Shown: positions 21,101-36,100 of the stretch, in pieces
Position numbering within the stretch: the stretch's first letter is position 1
Layout: each line of letters opens with the position of its first letter
Assembly (NCBI GenBank): GCA_013115145.1
Contig: JAAPAO010000263.1
Span: forward strand, 1 to 45,664
DNA: 45,664 bases
Origin: Perkinsus chesapeaki ATCC PRA-425
Lineage: Eukaryota; Protista; Perkinsozoa
Reading direction: 5' to 3'
The notes under the pieces: generated by a model
Told to the model about the DNA's origin: nothing
The model's input: only the letters and a program-made list of their open reading frames with translations
Database searches by the model: none
Translations under genes and position numbers: made by a program

Positions 21101-24100
21101 CTATGAAGTGCACGTCGAATACACTGCATGCATACCCCGGTAACTTCAGCACACTAGTGAGAGCCGGTACCTAGAAGTTATTCGTACTCGCAGGGTTCTA
21201 CAGCTGTGATGACTCCCTACTATATCATCCCTGGTAAGGACCAGCACTTCAGGGTAGCCCTCCCCGAAGAGCACAATCGTGCTTAGTAGCATCCGTATTC
21301 TTCTCATGCACTTCAGTACAGAGTCTTCTTGATGAGTGGACAATAGGATTTCAGCCAGAGCTCGCAACAGCCTGGCCAGCGACAAGTGGAGCTTCTTGCG
21401 TATAAAGGCGTCCGCGGCTAGTCTCGTCACGGTCTGATCAACAACCGTGCGTAGCCATCACGGGAAGCGGTTTAGTAGTCTCTCACCTCATCACAATCCT
21501 CATGGTTCGTGACGGCCCCAGCCTTAACACATGCGTTATAAAGCATATATACACCCGTATGGATGAACCGCTCTGACCAGCCGTCATCTGCAGAGACCTC
21601 CAAGCCGATTAGAGGAGGTATGACATTCGATAACGTGGTAATGAAGAGCTCGTTGAAACTGAGCTTCGGGCCCCTAGTAGCCACCGTTGTGAAGTGGGGC
21701 ACCAGCACTAACCGCACTAGACCGTGGATGCATTGCAAGACCGTTTTGCTGGCGCTGCCGAACTGATTAAGGATGGACAGCATCCTCCTGACCGCCTCTG
21801 CCCCAGGGGTGCGAGATATCAGCTCCTTGGCTACTTTCGGTTGCAGGACGATGCCGTGCAAAAGACCAGTGAAAACCAGCAGGCATTTCTCTCGGCCTGC
21901 CGGGGAGGTATGTGTTCCCTTCTGTAATGTCCTCTCGGTGAAATGCTCAATAAAGGAAATGCACCGCATGACAGGCAGAGGCTCGTCGAGATCTTCTGCC
22001 ATGCAGCGGGCAACCATATCAGCTGCCAAGTCCGGTAGTGTATCGAGGCGGTCCACAAGCTCGCTACAGATTGCCACATTCTGATACAGCAAGGCCCGTT
22101 GACACATTAACGTGACGAGCTCATGGCACTTCGGATGTTCGCTGGTCGCCAATAGTAACATAACTATATCAGCCATTCCGTTCACGACGGGAAGGTAATC
22201 GGGCACCACAAAAGCATTGGCACATACGAATGCGAGGAGATCCATACAGGTGGATACTAATTTCTCGCGATGAGCTTTCGCCCTTGAAGCACCGCCTCCC
22301 TCAGAGTTCTCAGACAGAGCCCATCGGCACACTTCATCAACTTTCTGAACAACTGCCAACGCTTGCTGATCATCGCAGTGTGTTCCGAGGGAATCAGAAC
22401 CTTCAGACCAGAGAATCGACAAGGTGCAATGGGTGGCAATCATCCACATAGAGCCCTCTACAAGTTTGGCGTCCACAAACTGTGTACTTTGTTCAGCCTC
22501 TTTCTCTCGTAGTTTGCTGGAATCTCGGGATGCCTTCATCAAATATAAATTGCGAGGACCGCCTTGCTTCTCTTCAGTAGACCCTGTGTCTCGCTTCTCC
22601 TTGGAGTCTGACTTATGCAAGCGATGATCGCCCGGGCAGTAGGGAACTCCTTTCGAAGACCCCAGCTTCAACGAGGCTGTCGCAATATTCTTGGCGCCGC
22701 GGGAGTCAACGGAAACCTTCCAGAGCTTCTTGACGACCTCCGGCTTTTTCAGCAGGTCTTTGCGCACTTCCGGTCCACCCTCGGAGCATATTCGGAAAAG
22801 ACAGGGAAGCAATAGCGGCACTTCCCACTGTGGCGCACGGAGGAATATCTCAAGCACATTCGAAAGCATCTCTGGGCTTAGTGACAATTCCTCGTCACCG
22901 GGTGGCCCCTGCAGCAAAGCATGACGGACAGTAGCCAGAAGTAGACGAGGAAGTGTCAGCTTCATCTGAGAGTCCTGTACGACAATCTGGCCGAATACTT
23001 CCACCTCTCTCCCCAAGCTGGCAAAGTAGCACTCTATAACAGTCTCAAGGAAGCCTTCATGGCGAAGCGCGAAGTCGCTACGTACCACAGATATGCTGTG
23101 GACAATAACAGCGCTGTACTTCGCAAAGGTGTTGTCTTTTAGCAGCTCCAGAATATACTCTACACACTCATGGCTCGCGACAATCTGCTCAACAATTTTG
23201 GGCATTCGCGTCCAAGACGTAATAGCTCTGTAATGCCAGAGCCTCTGCCGCTCATCTTTGATATCTCGAACTCGTAATATGAAGGCCGCCACGTTGTCGA
23301 AGACCTTCGTCATAGCCCGGCTGATATAAGTAACTTCGTCGCCTCCAGAAGGGGTAGTGAACACTGCGTTGGAAACACTCGCGACCTCCTTTGTTTTAGC
23401 ATCTTCAGTATCGGGATTGGCACCATAAGCACACTCCCCAAGCAGCTCAGGAAAGTGCCTATAGGTGAACTTGAATCCACTTATGACGATGACATAAATG
23501 ACCTTGCCGAGTTCGGCTGAGATGTGCGTGTCACCGCGCCCGTAAAGATTCTTTTGCGCGATCTCAAGGACTGTTTCTAGCCAAGCGCAGTCGACGTCGA
23601 ACCATTTTACTTTCCGATTGCCCTCCTTGTAATGAACCATCAACGTCTGTACAGCGTAGAGAATATCTCTCAGCATCTCCCTCTGTAATATGGAATAGCT
23701 TCCACCCGGCAGTCTGCCTGGTAGCTCAAGATCCCTATGGAATCTTCCGAATGCCTTTAGTGCAATATAGAGGATAGCCTCCGCTGTGATGGAAGGGTAC
23801 AAGTCAGGATCATCTCTGTCCGCCCATTTCCGCGCGAGTGTTCTGCACATCTTAACCATTTCACACAAGAGCTCGGCCCAAAGTCTGTCGGCCTGACCCT
23901 CAGCAACCAGCACGGATCCACATCCGCTGTCATCAACGGTTTCTGTCATGAACCCAAGAAGCTCCTCCATCCACCCGCCCTCTCGGCTTGCTTCTATGTC
24001 GCATGCAGCAAGCCGGAGTAAATACGTGAGCCCTTCGCAGGTTAGAAGCTTCGCGTTGTGATCTCTCACGAGCAAGCTCAAGATTTTCCTGATGTCGTCG

Positions 24101-27100
24101 GGCGTGCAGGTACCGTCCTCATCGTGGAACTTATAGTTAACTGCCAACACAGTTAGCAGGGCATGCGTCGTTGTGATCTTCGCAAGCGACTTCGATAAGA
24201 GAGATGCTCCGAGGAACCGGAGATACTCGCTTGATTGCTCGTATCGTAGCAAATGCGCCACCGACCGAGAAAGCAGTTCGGCCTCTGCAATCTCCATCTG
24301 TTCGGTCTCGACGTAACCGCGGCACATGTCCTCATATGCGGCCAGTGCACCTAGGTATTGCATGGCCCTATATCTGACCCTAGCCGATCTATCAGCGTCC
24401 CCTAACGGTATCCACTGTGTGAGTTTTCGGTGCAGGTCATTCGCCGGCTGCATCGCTGCTGTCCACGGCGCATTCTCTTCCCTTTGCTGCTTCTGGACCG
24501 ACAAGGTGAGATATCGTATACAGGCATACAGCGCTTGGTCCATCACAGTTATGTCATGCACCTCTTCTGCCTTGCCGGCTAACTCATCACCGATGAACTT
24601 GTTTAACAACTCATAGTAGGGGTTGGTTCTGATCATTCTCTCCACCCACATAGAGTCATCTTTAGTATCGGCTAGCGTCCTCAGTAGCGCACTGAGAAGC
24701 TGCTTCAGCCGCTTATCGGAGTAATCTACTTGCGTGTTTTGAACTATATTATCGACGAAAGCTGTGAGGGCCCTCTCGTAACCGGACGTTGCGCTGCCCA
24801 CGCAGTTCCAAACATGCAAGGCGGTGAGCAGTCTGTTCATGTCAGATACCATTTCTGGATGGTCGGCCACATACTCGTAATTAAAATGGTATTTATTCTT
24901 TTCACAGAACTCATCCGAGTAGGTACAGGCTTGAACAAGAATCACTTGACTGTAGTAGCGGACTTCGTCTCGGATGCCCTCACCGGGCATAGCGGGAAGC
25001 GTTGAAGCTGGCTGCCAATCTGCGCAGCTCAAAAGATACTCAAGCTCACCATCTTCGAACTTGTTGGCGCTTTGTTCAAAACTAAGCGCCATAGAATCAC
25101 CGATTTCAGCGCCCGAATGTCGAGCTAGATAGGCCACAGCTCGATGAAGGCCCCATTGAAAATCTTCATGAAGGCGTGCGGGCTCTATCGACAATGCTTT
25201 CAACAGCTGCCGTCGATGCGATAGCATCTTTGTTGGGGATCTTTCACACAGTCTGGAAATCGCCGTGGCCACGCACTTCGCTTTCACATCACTCCAGTTG
25301 ACTATCTCCATCGCACCATTCTCGCATCGCTTATTCAAACCTTCTATCATAGCCGAGAGCAGGCTGTTCTCGGAAAGAGTATCCGTCACAGTGGACTCTC
25401 TGGTCGCCTCCATAACCGCCACGGAAGCCAAGTCTGCAAGGCGTTGATCTCTGGCCAGAGCACACCTCATCAGGGTCTCGGTGATTGCTCCCATTGCCCG
25501 AAGCCTTTCAGCCGACTCCCCTTTCCGGTGCTCTCGACTAGTTAGAGTAAGAACCATGGTCATGACCAGCATGTACGCCATGAACCTCCTGTGGACGATC
25601 TCCCCACGAGGAGCGTGCCAGAGTGCGTCCGATGTCTCGTTGTCCAGATGCAGCGGTGGGGCCAGGAAGTCCACCAGACGAGTGGCCCGGAGTCCGAGGG
25701 CTCCCACGAAGGCTGGCGAGCTCGAGCACTCGGCGGCAGCCATAAGGCTACGATCGATACCGATAGCCAGCAGCCAACAAACCGAGTCGAAGGACGCGTC
25801 ATCCTCCCCGGTAGATTCCTCCAAGTAGCGTCCGATGTCGTGACGGAATAGCTCAACCAAGCCGGAAGAGCGCCACTGAGCCCACATCTTTGAGGCTGCC
25901 ATCTCGCTAGACCGTGTGAAGAATTGTTGTATGAAAACGCCCACTACTGTGCACAGCTCATGCCTGGTTGCCGAAGAGTCGCTCGCCACTTGAGTGGACT
26001 GCAAGCGAGCAAAGTGGCTCTTAAGAAATGAGTGCAGGTGTTCCGAGCTATGCAACGCGGCGATGAAGACGTTACTGAACTCGGCCGATAAGAGGGCCAA
26101 GCACGACCGTAAGAGCAAGATCCAGACACGGTCGGCGTGCTCTCGGCTTTCCTGCTTGCCGTCCTTCGTGGCGCGACCAGCGATCAATCGCGCCACTTTC
26201 ACAGCATGCAAGAGAAGACCGAACTCCTCCCACAGAGCAATATCTTGAACTGGTGTGATAGCCATGTTATAAAGGACCTCGTAGGCTCTCCGCTGAATGT
26301 CTGGTCTACCGCTGAGGCCAATGCACTCCTTGAGAGTAATGAACACTTGTCTGGAATAGAGCTGATTTCTAATGTCTTCTCGGGAGCTCTGTGAGAGCTT
26401 GTGGAATATCTCCGTTATGATGCTCATCACTAGCGTACTCTCTTCGTTCATAGACTCTCCAGCTGTGCCTGTCAGAGATCCTTCGTACGTATTTCCCGAA
26501 CAATTTGGCCGATCGCCCACGAACGCGCGCCAAGGAGGTACCCCACAGCGGACCTACTTGCCGAAGCTAACGTCTCATGTCCGCCTGCAGCCTCGAGCTG
26601 AAGTTTCGACAAGCGTATGATGAGCTCGAGTGCCTCAGGATCGACCCCGAGCCTGTCGCCTTCAATTCCATGGAAATACCTGTGACAGAAGCTACTCGGG
26701 TTCTCGGTCACCGTGCCGCCCTCACAGGCTGGAGGCATATAGCGACATTTTCTGCATAACCTTCGAGGCCTCAAGCTCTGCAATCTCCTCATCGCTGACG
26801 AGCTCCGCGGACAGCCCTGAAGCTCGGACACGCCAGATTGAAGTACAGCACACTCTTACCTGCGTTGTCTGCTGTGGCCTCCATCTTGATATTCTTCACC
26901 AGAGTGGTAGACAGCTCTTGGCTCACTCCAGCGGACTTGCACATATTGGCTACCACAGTGTACCTGGATAGCATAGCACTCCTCACGCCGCCCCCCCCCC
27001 CACAGCCGTCGCCTTACGCAAGCTTTCTGTTTTGAATGCAATGAACTCTCGCAATGGCTCTAGCATCTCCTGTGACGCCACTGGGGCCGTCACTTGTAAT

Positions 27101-30100
27101 GAAGGTAGAGACAAGCCATTCCACTATCGGTCCGACCTCAGCACCTATCCCAGAGGATTAACAAGGTGCTCCCTCGGCAGATGCCATACCCTCCTCCGCC
27201 AGAATGACCTCCTGCAGGCTTCTCTCGCCCGATAATGCCTGTAGGGTTTCCAGCAATAGTTGAAAGCACTCTAGATAGGTAGCCTCCTCGGCAGCAGCGG
27301 CTTCTTCGGCTAGGATCACATCCTCTACCGGGTCCTGAAGATGAAGAGGTTTAAAGCATCAACTGCAAGAAAAGCGAAAGATAACATCGAAGCCTGAGCA
27401 AGAAATGCCACCCCCCCACGTGGCTGTATATTATCGGTCCTTGCCTCCCGACCCTCAGATTTGCAGCACCTCGGAAATACGTTCCCAAAGCTCCCCCTAA
27501 ATCTTCCCTATTCGCTGAAGCCGTAAGATTAAGCCTTGACCATTTCCAAGTGTAAATATTGTAGAGTGAGCGTTCACAAGGTTTTTTTTCCAATAATGAT
27601 ACGCCCCATCTACCCACCTCAACAACGTTAGTCGTTTTCTGTATCGGATGGCGCAGCGTAAGCTTTAGTGGACGCTGCAGCAGTAGTGGCTCTATGCAGG
27701 TAGCATAGTCCTTCGTCACCACTTCTGTATCATCATTGATAGCTATCAGTAGGTCACCTTCTCGTACCTATCGTCTTCACAGTGATGGTCCATCATCAGC
27801 TATCCAGTACAGCAATACCATACTGCCACGAAAGCAACATGCCTCTATGTCAAGCGTGGGAATTCAGCCTTTGGAAAAATGCAAAGTTTAAACCTCAAGT
27901 TTCGAGGTGACGCAAAGCGGTGCAAGATCCCTACAGAGGGTTCCCTGCATAGGTCTTCGTGTAGGAGATACTTTTCACGATGTGAGTTCCATATTTGATT
28001 ATTAACGTGGACTCTGACTGTATTTCCTACGTCTAGTAATGTTTAGTAAAAATGAAGTAATATGCATTAATGATATCCTCATGGCATGCTGCTCACCTCG
28101 CCCCTTCTATCCGCTGCTCCTTCAGGCATGACATGCTTAACAACTGGATACGGCGACTGCCAGCTGATCTTCAAACCGATCCTCGGAACGTCAACTTCGG
28201 TGAAGGTTAATGTGAACGTTTCCGTCTCATTCGACTCGTCGTCGTCCTCTTCCTCCTCCTCGCCGACCTTGGCATCCTCTCCCGGTACCAACTTAGTGAC
28301 CAGTCGATAACTTAGCCGCACCGCCGAAAATATGTATCTCATTATAAGCGGATCCTTCAAGGCCGTTGGAGAATTTCCAGCGATGTTACTGAGGAGCCTT
28401 GCCAGTTGCAAGTGAAGGCCGAAGTTAGTAACATACTGGTCCCAGGTGACTCTCTCTGTGCAGAGCCGGAGCACGGCGCTGCCTCGTAGGGTCGATGCAA
28501 CGCAGACCGGCATGCTCATCAAATTGGCAAGGGACCCAGCGAGATACCTCCGCACATCAGAATCATTGGTGTTGAAAAGAAGGCGCTCCAAGAACCCGCC
28601 GGTGGAGGCAACTGCCCTGTCGATGACCGATTCTTCTGTCTCGGTAGCCTCAATAGAGTTCACATTGGCCAGTAGGACACACAACCTTTGTTGGAGCACC
28701 AAAGGGCATATCTTGAGCATCTCCAAGATCTTTGGCACACCTTGCTTTGAGAAAGCGTTCGGGCAAACGTAGGTGAGTCGTATGAGGGTATCCATCAGGG
28801 AGCAGCTGATGCCCATCACCGCCTCTGTTGTGTGACGTACGAACGTCTTCACCAGAGCCAGGATCGCCTCGGTCTTATGCTGCAGCACTTCGATTGAGGC
28901 AATCTCGGCACGGATCTCCAGCGGGACCAAGTTCTTATCATCTTTGTCTATCTGCTGCCCGGTGAGGCTTTGATGGATGAGAAGGTAGCCTAGGTTCGCC
29001 AGGACTTCGTGGACGCCGTCGAGGGGACCAATGCTGATGGATTTGTGCACTCCATCCGAGCCTCCCTCTCCCACTGAAGAGCGTCTTCTTCTCTCTTGGT
29101 GATCTAGCTGGTCGTCGTCGGTATTGTGGAGACTGGTGGCGGTGTATTTGTGAAGTAGGACTCCAAGAGCTTCTATGTCGATGAAGGCCAGCATGGCGGC
29201 AGGTAAAGTGACAAGGAAGTTGAGGTTGGTCTGCGACACGAAGTCTGTGGAGGAATCCTGAGAGGCAATGAACAGCTTCATGTTTGTCAATGTAATCGGG
29301 GGCTCACTCTAGGGGCTAGAGTCTAGCACTACCGTCGGAAGCATCAAAGATACGATTTACTAAACGCAGCAGAGATTTGAAAATGAATATACAGGAAGCC
29401 ACGCTCGCTACTTGAGAAATCATTGTGAAAATAAGGGACCTTGCCGACCTGCTCATTCGCGTCGTCTTTCTCCTGATTGGTGGCTTGGATTCTCCCGAGA
29501 ACGCCTCCTCCACCGCCACTTATCCTCTTCCTCCTCAGCTGCCTCGCCAACGACCTTCTGTCTATCTCAGAGGAATAGTAGTCCTTGACTATCTCACCGA
29601 TACGAATAATGCACACCAATGCCGACACGAAGGCATAGAACTCGGTGGCCTGAGTTGGCCATCGGGTAGCGCCTTCACGGTTACTCGAAGACACCACCAG
29701 TGCGCGGCCTTGGGTGCTGGTGGCATTGAGGAGATTCCGTGAGGAGAAGCCCGGCTGGCCCAGCTTGGCCTTCATACGATTGATCACAGAGTTGACAATG
29801 AACGGCACCTTGGCAAACTCCATCGCCATCGGTCGACTCGCGGAGAGTATCGAGACCAGAGAGACTCCGAGATATCTCATGAGAGAATCATCCGAGGCCA
29901 TGCTGGTTTGACAAGTAGCCAGCAGCACTCTGGCAGGCAAGGCAGAAAGGAGGAAGTCAATATGGAAGAGGCCGCAAATACAAAGGGTACGGAGAATGTG
30001 GCGGCACACGAGAACATGCGGATGCAGGGTGGGCTTGAACTCGGTAAAGGGGACTATGGAGGATGCTTCCAGCTCGTCAGGAGTAATGTCAGCTTTAAGG

Positions 30101-33100
30101 TTGCGTTGAATGGCCTTCAGTCCAGTCGTGCCCGAGTAGAACGCCCTCAAGACCTTCTCTGACGACAACTGAAATAGTGACGTAAGATACTGGACCTTCG
30201 CGGCAGGATTGAGCAACTCCTTGACGAACTCCTTCCCTTTCACCCCGCTGACAAGGTTCGATATGCCGACAGTGGCCGTGATGAGAAGCTCAACTAGGAG
30301 GGTATCGTCAATCTCCTTGCGGCTCGTAATTCGGACTTTGGGGACAGCTACAGTATTAAGCAACGCTAGGAACACATTGACCGCATTGCACGAGAGCAAG
30401 ATAGTGTGGACCAGCTCATTAATAGATGCCGAGAACTCGCACAGAATCGAGGCCAGCACTGCACAGGTACTGTGGTAGGTTGCATCCTTTGCCTTCTCGC
30501 CGGACACCCTGGTCTGTTCGTCCAACTCCTGAGCTCAGACTGTACGCTGATAAATTGCCTTAGCAATGAGCTACCTCAGAATCATCAGGGCTCCTGCTTC
30601 CGAAGAGCAAAGTGTCAGTTGTCGTCGCGAGGACAGGTAGGAACTCAATAAGGAGGCCCTGGTGTTTACCTACAGTTAGCCAGCTCTAGCGTTTGGAGCG
30701 CTGATTCTGCAAGGGTACCGTGGCGCGCAAGAACGTTCATGGCTCCGAGGCAAACCAGTCTAGTCGAGGGAGATAGATTCAACGTCTGATAGGTAAGGAG
30801 GATCTGAGGAGTTCACCAAAGCAGTGCAAAGACAGCAAATCGGCTAAAGAAGCTAAAAGCATGTGCATGGAAAGCACGACTGATAGTCTTCTTTACCTTG
30901 ACCAGAGCCTGACCATTCATCAGCTTCACCATGGCATCTAATGTCTTATCGTTAGTCTGACACATCTCTGCCGTGAAGACCACAATGGCTTCTGCTGTGT
31001 CCTCGTCGATTTGGCCAGAATAAAATATATTATGCAGCAGCACGGGAATCTGAGAATTCTTCCGGGTGCGCACAACCACCGCAAAGATACTTTGTAGTCG
31101 ACTATTCGACTGAGAGCGCGGATGTCCTTCTCTTGGCTCAGCAAGGCCAATGCTTTCACAGCACACTTGAGGACAAAAGGGTCATGCAAGCCCTCGGCAA
31201 AGATGTTGCTGACGCCAGAGATATCCAATGTTGAGCTCCCACCTGAAATGAAGCGCAGAAATTTTACCCTTCCTCCGCCGTCCTTAGCCACTTTCCGATT
31301 TGCTGCGTATCTTCTTCGGTACTCCAAGTCTAACTATCGGCAAGCAATCCACGAGGCCTTCGAGGTCGTCTTCACCAAGAGCATCCTAGACAACCAAGCT
31401 CGGCTGGCTCTCGGGTAACGAGGAGGCCTACACCGTGGGCATCGCCCTCCTCGCTGAACCTGCTCCGATCAAGGGCAAGAAAACTGCGCCGATTGGCTTG
31501 ACCTGATAAAGCATTCTAGGGCGTTGAGTAGTCAAAGGAGCGGTACTGGTGAGGAGATGCTGCAAGAGAAATATTGCTATTTGCTTCAACTCAAGGTTGT
31601 CGGAGTATGAATAGCTGCTGACTATATCGATGCCTCTTAGAGATGGTCCTCCAATAATAGGCCGGTAACTGAATAGAAATGTAACACGGCAACACGCATT
31701 TAACCTGTAGAGTGTGAAACCAGTATCCCACCGTTCACCGAATCTATCACAGCGTCTTACAGAGATACAGTTGTCGAGTTAATCACATTAGCTAGGCAAC
31801 CGGATGCACTATAAGATATCGCGGCTCACCGCGTTATCCCTACAGCTCAGATTCAGCGAAGGGCATGAGGGCCTTCAAGGCATTGGCGACTATCTCAACA
31901 TGGGTTTCATTCTCACATGCCGCCAGGAGCATCTTCAAGCCGTCCGCCATGGCCACTCCGCGGAGTGCTGCCGATTTTTGCTCCTATGAGGCACATTAGC
32001 GCTGCATGTTGCACGTATACCTACCTCCTGCGCTCTAACAGAGGTATACTCATCTTGCGTGGGGCTGGCTGGCGGCGAGACTATATAGAGTATACTCAAA
32101 ACACAGCAGAGGCGGACGTATCTGATAGAAGCACGCTTGCCATATGTTATATCGTATAAGGAGTAACGGTTAACGATTGGCAGGCAGACCATTGAAACAG
32201 AGCCCACACTATCGGCATTAGCCAGACTTAGTCGCAAAATAGGTTTGCTTGATCACTCAGGAACAGCACTTATTCAGGAAGATGCCTCAGCGCACAAGTT
32301 ATTGGTTGAATTTCATTGGGAAATTGAAGGACATACATCAACCTGGACTAGAACTAATACAGCAGGTGCTCGGGAATGGACATAAAGTTGTCGAAAGGGA
32401 GGCCTACTGAGTGGCCTTGCATGCAGGCAGCTTACTCATCCTCGGGGAAGTGCTCCTCATACATCTTAACCGCAAGTCGGACTCCACCTTGAAGAAGGAA
32501 TTCTCCCTGGCAGTCCTCCTCGAAAGCCGTTGTAGAACACAGCAGGGCCACATGCGGGGCAAGTCTGCGATCCTTCAGTTGGCTGGCCTCCCAGTGCGTC
32601 AATATCTTTTGGAAGATAAGAGGATTATCCCTTCTAGCCTAAAAACAGACTCCGCGTCCAACAAGTGCCACAGACTTCGAACAGCAGCAGCAGCAGCAGC
32701 TTGCCTTCATGATTCTGGCTTTGCAATACTCCCCTGATGTTATCATAGCCGACAACATATCACATAGGTAGATGCAGCTATCGATGCTGATGACCTCCAA
32801 GAGTAGCAAAGGCGCCGCCTGGCTGCTATCACCCAACTGCTCTTCATCTTCCTGAGTGAAGACGACACGTGTTCCACGTGAAGTGTTCGGATATCCTCGG
32901 TGATGGGCCACCTTCATCAGCTTCTCCATGTGATCTTCTTTCTCATCATCTTGAGGTATCTTATCGTACCCCAGATATCTATCAAGCTTCGAGTCCTCAG
33001 ACACCATGCCAGACCTTCTAAGGGACTGAGGAAGCCAGATAGGACCTTCATTAGACACTTCGAAGAGCGGTTTGTCGACAAGTGCAATGCGGCATACAGT

Positions 33101-36100
33101 TATTATTGGGCAGAAATTCTGACTCCGCAGAGATGCAGAATAGAAAACCTTAAAGTACGAAGTCGCTGTTGAGTTTTAGACCACTTAGCTCCTTCCGAGG
33201 CATCATCCTTACCTCCTTAGTGATATTCGTAGGATTGAGGAACAGGGCGCCCAGAAGGCCGGCGTCTATTAGTATCCTCCCACAGCGAGGAGGGCTGTTA
33301 TTAACCATGTTGTGGAAGCACCTTATTATATGGGACATAAGCACTGGATCTTGCGTGCTGGACAGGGTTGACCTAACCATAATCGCAGCGATGATTATGC
33401 AAAGGAGCGGTATGAGCTGCTGCACCCTACAGCATAGCTTTAAGGTAGGGAGCGTCATCCCTGTGCGTGCCTATAATATGATCAACATTATCGGCAGCAG
33501 CGGCGCAGTTGGCCACTGTCATTGCCGCGTAGCGTCTTAGCTGCCGATGAAGGTTACGTTCGACCGGCGCTGAGGAGGCACTAGTGCTAGTGAAGCAATC
33601 GCTGGCGTACATCGCTCCTTGTCAAAGCGAGTGCCTCCTTCCATGTCCAGACCTCCGGCGGAGCCAGCAGCTAGTAAAGCGCAGGCGGCCTGACCGTGGT
33701 AAGGGCATTTTGTACAGTACAGTGTTGACCCCGTATAAGCGATATGAATGCCACGGTGTATTATTAACAACATCGTGTTTAAATGCTGGAGCTCAATGTC
33801 TTTATCATCAAGCAGTTTGTTATATATAAAATGTTCTCAGGACAGTGTAGACTGCCCCAGCATGCCGTGTAGGAATGATAAATCAGGGCTTGCGTCGCCA
33901 CTTGATCGAACGCGGACGACGAACGCATGGGACTCTGGACCGTATTATAATTCTTGAATAAGATATGATATCGCTGCTTGTATGTTTGCCGAGTAAAGAC
34001 TCATGAAAAGTACCAGGGGCCGTGTACCACAGCTTGCTCACCGGTTCGCGTGGTACACCGGGGTTGATCTGCTCACCTGAACCGAGTCCCCACTAGGGGC
34101 TGTTGGACTAGTAGCCGAGAGTGAGGCCATCAATTGTACTGCACAAACCCTCATAGGCAAAGGCAATTGGTCATGCATGGCCACCATCACTACCCCAGAT
34201 ATGAGACCCGTCTGAAGGATCTGATCGTGGTATCTGGCAACTGCCGCATCAGACACTGCCATGATGATGCTTGCCGGCTGCTACCTTGTGGTCATACTCA
34301 GATGCATATAAGCTCTCAGAACATGCTCCACCACGGAGGTTACAGCCGAGTCCACGTTATGCCTCAAAGCTTCATACAAAGCCGTGGCGCTACCGTCCAT
34401 GATGACACTGTGCGAGGACTGGTCGCTGAGCTCGTTGGCAATGATGCAAAGTGCCTGAGCAGTCAGATGTGATCGCTAAGACGGCGTATAGAGTAAGCGC
34501 ACCTGCTCCACGTAGTAAAGGCTGTGGTCGTTGGCGAAGCCTTCGATGACTTGATCTCCTCCACCGAGCGCTGCAAGCTTTGCGACAACATCAACACATT
34601 CGGGTGATTCCAGGATCATTCTGGCCGACTCCGAATTGAAGCTCACATGCGTCAGGACGTCCAATGCGGACAACCTAACACACATGCCTGTAACGATCAC
34701 ATCAGACTTCGGCGGCCCGTTCTCGTTCCGCTCGGACCGGATGTGATTCACTCATTATTAGCTAGGTCATAGAGGAATCACAAAGCATGTTATCGACTTG
34801 GGCATTAAGGCATCAGCAGATTGCAAACATTCACGTAGACCGTGATGAGCAATGATTGTGATGATGCGACAAACTATATCGTACACTGTGTGGCATGCAT
34901 GCATCGCGGAGCTCGGCAAGGTTGACCAGGGCATTATGAAGCTCGCATGGAGGTACTTGTAGTTTATGAATGGTGATGGTGTGCCAAAATGATAACGACA
35001 CCTTCGCCTCCGCACCTCACCTCATTTCCTCTGTGATATTGGATGCTTTGACATTCTTATCGACTTTAGTTTTGAGTATAGTTGCCAGATACGGCAAGAT
35101 TCCCATCTTAGGGAACAGCGCTTGGGCTCTGCTATCAACCGAGAGACCCCGAACAACATCCAAGGCCTGCGCCATCACTCTCGGGGAGGGATCGAACAAA
35201 TCCCTGAGCTAGCTTAACCGAGTGGTGCAAACAGCAACTCCTACTTCCAGGCGGCCTCATGAACCTTTAGGTCCTTAATCATAATTTCCCGGTGCATCGG
35301 GCATCCACTAAGATTCGATAACACGAACAAAGCGGCAACTTTGACCTGCTAGGAATCTTACACGTACGTTGATGTGTTCAACTTGCCTGGTCCTTGCGCG
35401 CCCCGCCATCGGCGACTTTTGAAAGTCTGGTGTAGATCTGGTACACTGCAGGCAGCACCTGCTCGCGGCGATTCGCGATAGCTCACTGCTATCGACCACC
35501 TTGTAGTTCAACATTGCTTGGCGGGTGCTTGAGGTCCCTGCGAGGTTCCCAAGTGCCGTCAATCCGTAAACGGCCAGGTCTGGTTCGTCCGACTCGTGGG
35601 CTACCCGCAGTAGCTCTGGTATCGCCCCGTTGACAGCTAGGAAGTCATGGCTTATATCGAATGACGTCAGATTAGCAGCTGCCAAGGCAGCATAGACCTG
35701 CCCTGGTTGATTCCCTTATCAAATGGTAGAGTCAGCCAACCTGAGCCTCAGGGTCCAGCGAGGAGAGGAGAGGCTGTATAGCTTTGGACCATCCCCCAGC
35801 GCGAAGGATCTTCATAACGTTCATGCGGCTGGCGCATTGGGCAGCCAGTGAGCCTGAAGGTTCTATGGACACTGTGAGCCGGTCTGGGCTTCATACGTAT
35901 CGCTTGCCGTTTATCTTTGACGCTTTTGACAGATTGCAAGGCCGCTATTAACTCCCCGAATGATGACATGTCGAGGAGGCGTATTCGAACACCTTACCCA
36001 CAAGCGACAATTGACCACTAGAAGCACCAAGACGCGAGATATACCTTGAAACCGTGTGAGAGACAACGGTAGCGGGAAATGCGAGGCTGTTCCCCAATGA

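Noticed and set aside
26991-27001. Poly-C run (G-run on the coding strand) in an ARM gene intron
   Set aside because: A simple homopolymer, insufficient alone for a G-quadruplex claim.
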